Source: Chrysomallon squamiferum
Taxonomy: Eukaryota; Animalia; Mollusca
DNA length: 64,000 nt
Direction: 5' to 3'
Assembly (NCBI GenBank): GCA_012295275.1
Contig: CM022678.1
Location: 11,594,001-11,658,000, forward strand
Part shown: positions 25,642-36,687 of the stretch, piece by piece
How the letters are laid out: every line of letters begins with the position of its first letter
Position numbering within the stretch: the stretch's first letter is position 1
The notes under the pieces: model-generated
Database searches by the model: none
The model's input: only the letters and a program-made list of their open reading frames with translations
Told to the model about the DNA's origin: nothing
Program-made: the position numbers and the translations under genes

Positions 25642-27371
25642 CATTACATTTTAAACAATTTACATTTAATCAAAATATTTTTTCGTCAATTCAATTTAAT
25701 AATTACTACATTCAAATATAAAATATCATTTAATTTTGATGTTAAAATATTATTTTCTACCATTTAGTCTTAACGTAGCACTATAGCGAGTCTAGATAGA
25801 CCGAAACTAAGTTGTTTGTGTATCATTATACGTTTTAAAAAGGCAAGCGTAGTTTTCTGCATTTCCTGTCTCTGTGTATTGAATAGAAAGGTAGAAATGG
25901 AGATAGTCATAGCAGAAACAAATGGAATAGAGAAGAAAAAATAATTAGTAAGTAGCGTAAATATTAGATCTAAAATTACTGTTTCAGTTTAATATACTTA
26001 ATGTCAATAACAGTGGACTAAAGAAATCGTTCGTGTATTTGTCGCTTTCTAATTCTGTGAACAGATTTGAAAGAAATGTACTGTCGTCTGATGAACTTAT
26101 ACCGTAACAACTGAGTGACACCAACACAAGTTTCTAGATTATTTTAAAGTTCACTATAACTGATGGATAATGACTACGTAGACAACAGATATTTTTGAAA
26201 CGTGTAAGAGATTTATATATGAAATATTTTAAAACAAGGACCTGATATAATAGACTGCAAATTAAAAATAATTTATCCTAAATATGAATATCATTCAATA
26301 TGTGACATACTTGGAATTAAATTTTTCATTAATTTACGGATTTATTATACAATGAAATCATAGCAAGCACTTGTAGGTTTGTAAAAAAAAAAAAGAAAAA
26401 AAAAGAAGAGAAAAACAACATTGAAAAAGAAAAGAACAACAAAAAAACAACAACAAATAAAACAAACAAAAACAACAAACAAAAAATAAAAAGAAACAAG
26501 AACAACAAGAATCAAAACAAATACCTCTTTCCATGTAATAGTAATATCAGTAATGTGTCTTTTGACTGTTATTAATAAAATGACAGTATATTACAGCAAG
26601 ATAACAAGATAACTTATAAATTATCACAAATAAAGAGAACCTATATAAATTCAACCATGGATTCTACAGTTAATATAAGGCAAAATATTATTAAATTCGG
26701 TATAGTTTATTTCATAATGCACATCTGAAAGATCTTTTGATAATAAAGAATTTGACTAGGCCTTAATATGAATAGATAAATAGATAGATAGTAACAGCTC
26801 TGAAGCTGCAGTTGGCCTACTCAGTCAAGAAATCAATTCCTTTCCTCCTTTTTTTCTTCTTTTTTTTGTATATAGTCAGATGTTAATCTTAATTTGAAAA
26901 TAAACTTAAACATGTAGAAAATAATCACAGAAACTAATCACATTCTTAGAATATTTCATGAGGTTGTGTAAATACCTCACAGTTCTATTTATTTTACCAG
27001 CTTTCTGTTTATTTGGTCGTGTTTGTGAATATGTATGTCTCTGTACATGTGTGTGTGTGTGTCCAACTTGTAATAATTTTTGTTTTTATATGCAAATTAA
27101 CATAAACGTGTGTGTGTGCTTCTTGAACTGAGTGCCTAACACAAATATATTGTTATACAGGGATTATTATTGTTGTAGTTGTTATTGTTATAATATAATT
27201 ATTACTGTTGTTATATTATAATTGTTGTTATTACCATTATTATTATTATCCACTTATTAATATTATAATCATTATTATATTTAGCAGTATGATTACTAAA
27301 TGTATTAATTTTATTAGTATCATCAAATAATTATCACTATTAAAATTATTATTATTAAATATCATCTGATG

Positions 27372-27443
<72 letters not shown>

Positions 27444-27467
27444 GTAATAGTAATAATAATAATAATA
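27372..27467. repeat. (AAT)n microsatellite
   Basis: Visible directly in the sequence. Confidence 0.95.
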
Positions 27468-27607
27468 AATGTATATACACATAGATTTCTTTAATAGTGT
27501 GCCTTCTTTTTTTTTATTTTACTTATGTTTTCATGTTTGACATATTTAGCAACAAAACTTAATTTGACAAAGAATGGCTACATTTTTCTTTACTTGCTTA
27601 CAGGTTT

Positions 27608-27657
<50 letters not shown>

Positions 27658-28831
27658 TTATTTGGGTTCAATAAAGTCATATTTGAGGCTAAAACAGCCG
27701 GTTGAACTTTCTACAAAATTAATTTTGCAAACACAAGTACAATCTTCATTTCTCTGAGACAGATTGCTTTTGACAGCAGAGTGCGTAGAGGAGGTAACCA
27801 TCTCTGCTGCACACTCTGAAGTAATAAGGGAAAATGTTTGTTTTGGTTAAGCAGATTGAAAATGTTTGTAATGTGTTCTTAATGTTTTCTTTTTCAGGCC
27901 AGAGTAAGAAAAAAAGTGGGGGGAAAAAATTGAATCAGATTACTTTTTATTATTATTATTATTATTATTATTTTTATCAGCTAAAGAGAGGGAAATGAAG
28001 GGGAAAAACATTTAAAAAATAACTAACTAAGTAATCTGATTCAAATGCTATATGTATATATATAGATTGCTGATTAGAAAAGTTAAACAGCAGAATATCA
28101 AATAGCACTCTTGCAGAAAGTTTTGTGAACAGATATCTAAAGTTTTTAATATCCAAGTGTTTACTCCATTTTTTTGTGTTGTTGTTTTATATTTTTGTTG
28201 TTGTTGTTGTTACTATTTTTTACATTTATTTATTTTTTTATTTTTTTTTTTTTTTTTTAGGGACATACAGATATGGAAGGAACATAAATTGTGGATTTTA
28301 AAAAAAAAACAAAAAAAAAAAAACCCACTGTATGTTCATTAATCAACATAGAGTTACTTCATGGATCGCATTCAGAATGTTGTGCTGCTAAAAGATAATT
28401 TAATATGAAAGATGTTAACGTGAATTCAGAAAGGATAAACTACTGTATGTGTTGACCACATATGAGATAATGGTTTACAGATGTATGGTGGAAATTAGGT
28501 GTCTCATGAAAATGTGCGTAACAAATTATTTTGATTTGTAGATTTTCAAAAACAACTGATGATATGACAGAAATTTAAAAGCTTTTCAGAAAATAAATTT
28601 CAAAAATATTTTTTTTTTCCAGCATGAAAATTTCACTGCAGATCTTTTTATATTTTAAATTATGACACAATGAACAGAAACAGTGGATTAGCTGGTATAA
28701 ACTTAAAGAAGGTTATTAAAAGTAGAAGAAAAATCAGTTGAATTTTAAGATATTTATTTAGAGATTTTAATATTAAATAATCTGAAACATCTCTGAGAGG
28801 AGTAGGAAAGAGAGAACAAAAGGAGATAAAA

Positions 28832-30887
28832 ATGGATAGAAATTCAACAAAACGATTACGTCACAGTTTAGGATGCTACATCCGAAACCTTCTCAGATCT
28901 AAAGTGATTCTTTCTGTGCTGACAGTGTTCATCACCGTGTCTCTGATTGGTCATTACTACATATCAAACATTGGTTCGGACTCTGATGGTCAGAATGAAA
29001 TCCACCGCTCGCGGTCTAAGCTGGATTACCCAGACGGCGAAGGAGACTCGAGGAAAATGTCGGAGCTGAAATTACAAATCGACGAACTTCGTGGAATCAA
29101 AGCCTCAGTGAATAACGAACTTCGTTACTTGGAGTCGAAGCGTCAGAAGCTGCAAGCGGAAATTTCCGGATACACGTCGCACATTGATGGTCTGAAGTCA
29201 CAGTACGAGTCTCTGAACAAAGAGGTCAGTCAGATTAAAATGGCGCTGGACCAGCTGAAGCTGGAGAAGGAGGAGACAATCAACCAGTACATCCCGAACA
29301 TTCGAGCTCCACAGCAGATCATCTCCGAGCCGAAACTGGCTAAAAACATTCCACCCCCCTCGTCTCCGCAGCTGTGCACGATGCAGTCGTGCTTCGACTA
29401 CTCCCTCTGCTCCCTCGTCTCTCACTTCCCAGTGTACGTGTACAGCACCGCAGACAGCACCGTCGGTTCTCAGGGTATAGAAGACTTCGTCCAGTCTTCA
29501 GTTATATCTAGTCTGCTGCGAAACCCGCACAGGACTGCTGACCCCAAGTCAGCCTGCGTGTTTGTTGTGTTGGTGGGAGAGCTGAAGTACGCAGGAGTCA
29601 GTTCGCTGGACATACAGACGATGTTGTACGAGCTGCCGTACTGGCGCGGTGACGGCAGAAATCATCTGTTAATTAACATGCATCATTCTCATAGCAGTGA
29701 CATCTTCTCTGGGGTCAATACTGGCAGAGCAATAATTGTACAGTCACCTTTTGTGGACAGCGTTTTCAGACGGAAGTTCGATATAGTCATTCCTCCTAGC
29801 CTGGGTGTAGCTGTCGGGGAAGTCTGGCAGGAGTTGCCTCCCATTTCTCCAATTCGTCGTAAGTATTTGTTAACGTACTGGGGCGAGACATCGTCACGGA
29901 AACAGGACATTCAGAATGAGATAGGAGCGTTTCAGAAAAAGTTGTTCAAGAAGAGAAACATTGGAGGCGAAAACATCCAGAATATTTTGAACTCTCAGAT
30001 TGACAAAAACGATGATGTTCCAGCTGACGACGATGATGATGACGATGCAGATATTGATGATGAAAACGACAATTCTTTTAAACTCCGACGACTGAAATCA
30101 GCGTCAGAAATTGTGAGTTTGATTTCTCTAGAAGCTTCAGTTGTAGCCGCTTTGAAGAAACTGCAGTCGCAGGTTCCAGACAGCCTGTATTTCCAGTTCT
30201 CCTGTCTGGGAACGAAACTGGAAGGAATCTCATCCGAATGGGGTCTGTGTTCCACCGCCCAGGAACGACAGTCCCTGCTTCTCAAGTCAACGTTTTCGCT
30301 GATACTGTTGCCTAGCAACAGCTCCCTGCTGTCCACGACGATCATCCAGCTGCGGATTTACGAAGCTCTGAAAAGTGGGGCGGTTCCCGTCGTTTTAGGA
30401 GAGTACATCGAGATGCCGTTTTCAGAAATTCTCGACTGGAAACGCGCTGCCATTTTTCTTCCAGTTGCCAGGGTGACGGAGATATTCTTCTTCCTGCGAG
30501 CATTCACAGACAGTGACATTGCCGAGATGAGGAAGCAGGGAAGATTCATTTGGGAAACGTATTTTGGCTCCACACAGAAGATTGTGGACACCTTTCTAAC
30601 AGTGATGAGGTCGAGACTTCAGATTCCTGCGCTGCCTGTGGAAAGCGAGCCCACGGTCAGTGTGTTTAATGCTTCCTTCATTCCTCTCAAAACAGAAGGG
30701 CCAGATCCGGAACCGGAAACCGACGAAGTTCTTGGTCCGATTGAAGCTCGGTTTCCGTCAGAGAAGTTCTACCGAAACTTCACTCAGTTTGTTAACTGGG
30801 ACCGGTTCAACAAGCCAGGCGATCCTTTCCACTTGTATCCCAGCAGGCCCTGGGACGTCCTGCTTCCTTCTGAAGCAAAGTTCTTTG
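28832..30887 (+). CDS. EXTL3: Exostosin-like 3 (EXTL3), large first coding exon: TM anchor, coiled coil, GT47 domain
   Basis: N-terminal TM; coiled coil IKASVNNELRYLESKRQKLQAEIS; motifs CFDYSLC, LPYWRGDGRNHLLIN, EALKSGAVPVVLG, MRKQGRFIWETYF and LLPSEAKF. Donor G|GTAAGT after 30887 (phase 1). Confidence 0.97.
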
Positions 30888-31630
30888 GTAAGTGCTTTTT
30901 TTTCATATATTTTTTTTATTGTTTTGCTGTCACTCTTTGTAAAATTGTACTTGTATTCTAGGAATAAAAATTATGATCAAAATTTGTGATTATTGTTAGT
31001 AGTAAGTAATTAATACTTGTAGTTGACATAGCATAGTACTAGTAGGAACAACAGTAGTATAGTAGTATTAGTATTATTAGTAATAATAGTAGTATAGTGG
31101 TAATATTTGCAGCAGTAGAAGTGATAATAATAGATGTAGCAGTAGTAATAACAAAAGCAGTAACTGCAGTTGTAGTAGTAGTAGTAATGGTATCAGCAGC
31201 AGTAATAGTAATGAAAATAGTAATACTAGTAAAGTTAGTACCAGTAAGTACTAATAATGTAGTATATTAATAGTGGTAGGCAGGTTTTGAAATAGGTGTA
31301 CTAATAGTAAGTGTTATTAACAGTAGCAGTTTCAGTACAAGTGTTGAAGAGATAGTAAATTAGTTATAGTACTGTTACATAATGGCAGTGGCACTAAATT
31401 GTAGTAGTGGTAGTTGTAGTAGTGGTAGTTGTAGTAGTAGATATAGTTGTTAGTAGCAGGGAGCTTCAGTAGTTACAGAAGTATTACTTTAATGGTGTGT
31501 TTAAATACACACAAAGACTTTTATATACAAAATGTATATGTAATGCTTTTTTTTATTTATTAATGTATTTTGTTTTTCCTGGAAGGTGGGCATGTTTAAT
31601 TACAAAATAAATACATGTGTAAATGTTTCA

Positions 31631-32110
31631 TAATTGATGTGTAAATGTTTTAAATTTAAAAGTGGTTGTTGTTTTACAGGATCAGGTTATGGGTTTCGGT
31701 CTATAGGTAAAGGAGTAGGAGGACAGATAATTGATGTGTAAATGTTTAAAATTTAAAAGTGATTGTTTTACAGGATCAGGTTATGGGTTTTGGTCTATAG
31801 GGAAAGGAGTAGTAGAGTCAGATAATTGATGTGTAAATGTTTTAATTTTAAAAGTGGTTGTTGTTTTACAGGATCAGGTTATGGGTTTCGGTCTATAGGG
31901 AAAGGAGTAGTAGAGTCAGATAATTGATGTGTTTAAATGTTTAAAAGTGGTTGTTGTTTTACAGGATCAGGTTATGGGTTTCGGTCTATAGGGAAAGGAG
32001 TAGTAGAGTCAGATAATTGATGTGTAAATGTTTTAAATTTTAAAAGTGGTTGTTGTTTTACAGGATCAGGTTATGGGTTTCGGTCTATAGGGAAAGGAGT
32101 AGGAGGAGCT
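31631..32110 (+). repeat. About 95-bp tandem array of the EXTL3 3' splice site plus exon start (TTTTACAG|GATCAGGTTATGGGTTTCGG...), 5 clean copies
   Basis: Exon-start positions 31680, 31774, 31872, 31965 and 32064; the copies encode (G)SGYGF[R/W]SIGKGV. Confidence 0.93.
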
Positions 32111-32171
32111 GGTATAAGTTTTAAAGTTTGAGTGGTTGGGAGGATGGTTTGTGCCAAGAGAACAGTTTACA
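32064..32171 (+). CDS. EXTL3: EXTL3 second coding exon, partial and garbled (GSGYGFRSIGKGVGGAG ... VPREQFT)
   Basis: Phase 1 fits the upstream exon and the peptide matches EXTL3 GSGxGFRPIGxGxGG. GTGCCAAGAGAACAGTTTACA (VPREQFT) is at about 32150, but the intervening bases are scrambled. Confidence 0.65.
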
Positions 32172-33539
32172 AGTAAAGTTTTAAAAGTGGTTGTTCACAG
32201 GAAAAACAAGCATTATAGTCACAAAGCTCATAACAGATGTGAGTAAAGGTTTAAAAGTGGTTGTTTCATCATGATTTTTAGTTTTCACATTCTGATGGAA
32301 GATAAATACATTATCTAATAACTTCATGTTAATATTTGAAAGAAAAATGACATTGATCAAAATATCTGTATATAAACAAATGGGTTTTTAAAAGGAGTAG
32401 AGGATAATTGATGTGTATATATGTTTAATTTTAAAAATGTAAAACTCAAACAGTACATTTCTATTTTTAAAATTTTTTTAATTGTTATATTAACATTTGA
32501 AAGACAAACTATTTTGATATGTTTTAATTTTAAAAGTGGTTGTTGTTTCTGGATTTACAAATCTATATAAAAACTCAGATAATACATTTCTATATTATTT
32601 TATATTATTTTATATTATTTAGGTAGTAGTAGATACAGATAACATTTGTAAATGTTTAAAAGTGGTTGAGACAGGTCAGGTTATGGGTTTTAGGTCTATA
32701 GGTAAAGGAGTAGTAGAGTCAGATAATTGACTGTAAAGGGACTGTTGTTTTACAGGATCAACAAAGTAGGAGGAGATAATTTGTTGTATGGAAAAACCCC
32801 ACCCCCTGCCCCTGGGACATCTATAGGGCTGGCCTGGAATAGGAGGACAGACCACTGATGTGTAAAGTTAAAAATTTAAAAGTGGTTTTGTTTTAAAATC
32901 ATCACTTATAAAACATCACTTCACTTTAAAAAACATCACTTGGGAGGAAATGTTTAAAAACATCAGTTTAAAAACACCCATCACAAAAACTTTTAAAACA
33001 TCAGAGTGAGCAAGGACTTGAAAAACTTCATCATGATTTTCAGTTTTAAAACATGGAACTTTAAAACATCTAATAACTTTAAAAAAAAAATTTCAATAAA
33101 AAAACAATAAAAAAAAACATAAAATAAATTAAAAAAAAACATCATTTTAATAAAACATTATTTTCAAAAACTTTTCAGTTTTGGTTTTCAAAACATCACT
33201 TTAAAACTAAATTATATCTTCACTTTAAAACATAAATTAAAAACATATTTGCTAAAGTATCTGTTTTCACTTTTAAAACAATGTTTGGAAAGAAAAACAT
33301 CACTTAGATCTTTAAAAAAATCACTTTAAAAACATTATCTTATTTTATTTTAAAAATATCACTTGAAAAACATCTATTTCATCTGTATTTAAAACAAAAT
33401 TTTGAAAAACATCATTTCTATTTTAAAACTTGTTTTTGAATTTTAAAAAAACATCATTTTCACTTTATAAAATTTTGATCACTTCATCTGTATTTAAAAA
33501 AAACATCATTTCTGTTCTGTTTTTATTTTAAAACATAAC

Positions 33540-34298
33540 ATTTGAAAAACATCACTTCAGCTTTTAAAACATCGTTTCTCAAAAACATGTTTTCACCCCC
33601 TTTAAAACATCACTTGAAAAACATCACTTCACTTTAAAACATCACTTTAAAAACATCACTTCACTTTAAAAACATCACTTTAAAAACATCATTTCACTTT
33701 AAAACATCACTTTAAAAACATCACTTCACTTTAAAAACATCACTTTAAAAACATCACTTCACTTGAAAAACATCACTTTAAAAACATCACTTCACTTTAA
33801 AAACATCACTTCACTTTCTGTTCATGTTTATTTCATTAGAGCTCTCTGTGTTAAAAACATCATTTCACTTTAAAACATCACTTGAAAAACATCACTTTAA
33901 AAACATCACTTCACTTTCTGTTCATGTTTATTTCATTAGAGCTCTCTGTGTTAAAAACATCACTTCACTTTAAAACATCACTTTAAAAACATCACTTCAC
34001 TTGAAAAACATCACTTTAAAAACATCACTTCACTTTCTGTTCATGTTTATTTCATTAGAGTTCTCTGTGTTAAAAACATCACTTCACTTTCTGTTCATGT
34101 TTATTTCATTAGAGTTCTCTGTGTTAAAAACATCACTTCACTTTCTCTTCATGTTTATTTCATTAGAGTTCTCCATGTTAAAAACATCACCTCACTTTAA
34201 AAACATCACTTCACTTTCTCTTCATGTTTATTTCATTAGAGTTCTCCATGTTAAAGAGGATTTCAAAACTTGAAAAACATCACTTCACTTTCTGTTCA
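33540..34298. repeat. AAAAACATCACTT(CACTT) minisatellite with a 54-bp higher-order unit
   Basis: Visible directly; the 54-bp unit explains the repetitive ORF at 34001. Confidence 0.92.
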
Positions 34299-34496
34299 TA
34301 ATTATGTCACTACAGTAGTCAGCATTTTTCATTCATTAAGTCTTCTTCAAGATTTAACTTTTTAACTAATTCATTCTTGTCATATGTTTTATATTTATGA
34401 TTTTACTTAGGATGTGAAAACTGAGAACAAACACAAAAGTGAAATTTTGCCATAAAATACTCATTATTTATTTGTTTGTTTGTTTGTTTGTTTATT

Positions 34497-34541
<45 letters not shown>

Positions 34542-34596
34542 ATTAGCAGTAGTAGCAGCAGTGGTAGTATTTGTTTTTACCTTTGTTAATTTACAG

Positions 34597-35167
34597 AATT
34601 AATACATGATTTTACAAGGTAGTAAAAACAGCTAAGAACAGTTTAAATAACAGATTTCTGCCGTATGATGCTATAGAAATTAATACATGGTTTTACTTCA
34701 GGTTGTAAAAACAGCCAAGAACAGTTTAAATAACAGATTTCTGCCGTATGATGCTATAGAAATTAATACATGGTTTTACTTCAGGTTGTAAAAACAGCTA
34801 AGAACAGTTTAAATAACAGATTTCTGCCGTATGATGCTATAGAAATTAATACATGGTTTTACTTCAGGTTGTAAAAACAGCTAAGAACAGTTTAAATAAC
34901 AGATTTCTGCCGTATGATGCTATAGAAATTAATACATGGTTTTACTTCAGGTTGTAAAAACAGCTAAGAACAGTTTAAATAACAGATTTCTGCCGTATGA
35001 TGCTATAGAAATTAATACATGGTTTTACTTCAGGTTGTAAAAACAGTTTAAATAACAGATTTCTGCCGTATGATGCTATAGAAATTAATACATGGTTTTA
35101 CTTCAGGTTGTAAAAACAGCTAAGAACAGTTTAAATAACAGATTTCTGCCGTATGATGCTATAGAAA
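34597..35167 (+). repeat. 83-bp tandem array of the EXTL3 3' splice site plus about 60 nt of exon, 7 copies
   Basis: TTACTTCAG|GTTGTAAAAACAG... with exon starts at 34702, 34785, 34868, 34951, 35034 (10-bp deletion) and 35107, plus a degenerate copy near 34618. Confidence 0.95.
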
Positions 35168-35316
35168 CTGATGCCATTCTAAGTATTGATGATGATGCTC
35201 ATCAGGTTTAAAAACAGCCAAGAACAGTTTAAATAAATTTCTGCCGTATGATTTGAAACTGATGCCATTCTAAGTATTGATGATCATTTCATATCTTTAA
35301 AAGAAATTTATTTGGG
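35107..35316 (+). CDS. EXTL3: EXTL3 GT64 exon ([32 protein letters not shown]...), 3' part garbled
   Basis: Conserved NSLNNRFLP and the DxD motif SIDDD are intact to about 35203. A corrupted repeat follows, then a GTAAGT donor at 35317. Confidence 0.8.
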
Positions 35317-35808
35317 GTAAGTCATTGAACAGAATATTTTTTTAAATGAAATATATATTGGATAAATCTAAACAGTTTTAGAAAATTTTTTTAAATGAAG
35401 TTTTATTTCAAATTTAAAAACTAAAAATTTCTTGAAAATTTTTTTAAAAAATATTTATATTTCAAATAAAAAAATTTGATTTTAATATGGAATATTTTTA
35501 TTTATTATTATTATTATATATATGTACACACACACACACACTCACACATGCATATATATTTGAAATAAATGATTTAAATTTTTAAGAGTCAAAATAAAAA
35601 TCTGTAATCAAGATAAAATCTGTGTTCTTTCTGTTTTCTATTATGATTAGCAAAAGAAACTTTTATTGTTCTGTCTTCATCCAAGCATGTGTGTGTGTGT
35701 GTGTGTGTCTGTGTGTGTGCTTATATTTAACTTGTATATAAATATTACTAGTTTAATAGTTGATGTTCTGTGTTTATTGTGTATAAAATTTACTAATTTA
35801 TGACTTAG

Positions 35809-35953
35809 AGTGTGGAGAGAGGAGAGGGACAGAATCGTCGGGTTTCCAGGACGATTTCACGCCTGGGACAGTCTTCACAAAACCTGGCACTACAACTCCA
35901 ACTACTCCTGCGAGCTCTCCATGGTCCTCACTGGGGCAGCGTTCTTCCACAAG
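35809..35953 (+). CDS. EXTL3: EXTL3 exon ([20 protein letters not shown]...[21 protein letters not shown])
   Basis: Highly conserved EXTL3 GT64 peptide; 145 nt, phase 2/0, with AG and GT boundaries. Confidence 0.96.
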
Positions 35954-36666
35954 GTGAACAGCGTCTAGTCAACATCCTCCCTGTGTTTTACATAACTAGC
36001 AGAAACACTGCATCATAACAGAGACATTGTTACTTGTTTTAATATTACTCATTTTATTTTATTTTATTTTTTTTTTTTTTTATTATTTTTTTTTTAAATT
36101 TTTTTTTTTTTTATTATTTTTTTTTTTTTTTTTTTTTTATTTTTTTTTTTTTTTTTTTTTCTATTTATTTTTATTATTATTTTTTTTTTTTTTTTCAATT
36201 CAATTCAATTAGTTCAGTTTATTTATTTATTTACTTATTTATTTGTTTTATTACTGTTGTTAATGTATTTTATTACTGTAGGTGTTATTATTAATTCTAA
36301 ATATAAATATATTTATTATTATTATTGTTAAATTATTATTATAAATCAATAAATAATTCAACATTTTCATTTAAATAAATATTTTTTAGTTTAAATTAAA
36401 TGTTTATCTAAATTTTTTTAGTTTTGTGTTTTGTTTTCTTAGTTCATTCATGACAAGTTGGTATATTTTAAATAACATATTCTAAATCAGCATGATGTTA
36501 ATGTCTGAAATAAATAAATAAATAAATCAATAAGTTCAATAAATCAATAAATAATTAAATAAATAAATAAATCAATAAATAAATCAACAATTCAATAAAT
36601 AAATAAATAATTAAATAAATAAATAAATCAAATAAATAAATTATAAATGTTTGTGTTTTGTTTCAG

Positions 36667-36687
36667 TACCACTTACCTCCAGTCAAA
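36667..36687 (+). CDS. EXTL3: Remnant of the EXTL3 penultimate exon (YHL..PPVK), apparently collapsed to 21 nt in this assembly
   Basis: Reads tttgtttcAG|TAC...CCT CCA GTC AAA|GTGAGT. The orthologous exon starts with Y and ends KPPIK just before VTSRWTF. The expected middle (NCEDIAMNFLVSH) is absent apart from CCATCAACTTCTT (xINFL) at about 36797. Confidence 0.55.

Noticed and set aside
25585-25767. 60-aa ORF
   Set aside because: It overlaps the tRNA-Gly gene and is spurious.
30888-30961. C-terminal part of the 709-aa ORF (KCFFFIYFF...)
   Set aside because: Read-through into the intron after the GTAAGT donor.
34001-34273. Repetitive 90-aa hydrophobic ORF
   Set aside because: Translation of the 54-bp intronic repeat.
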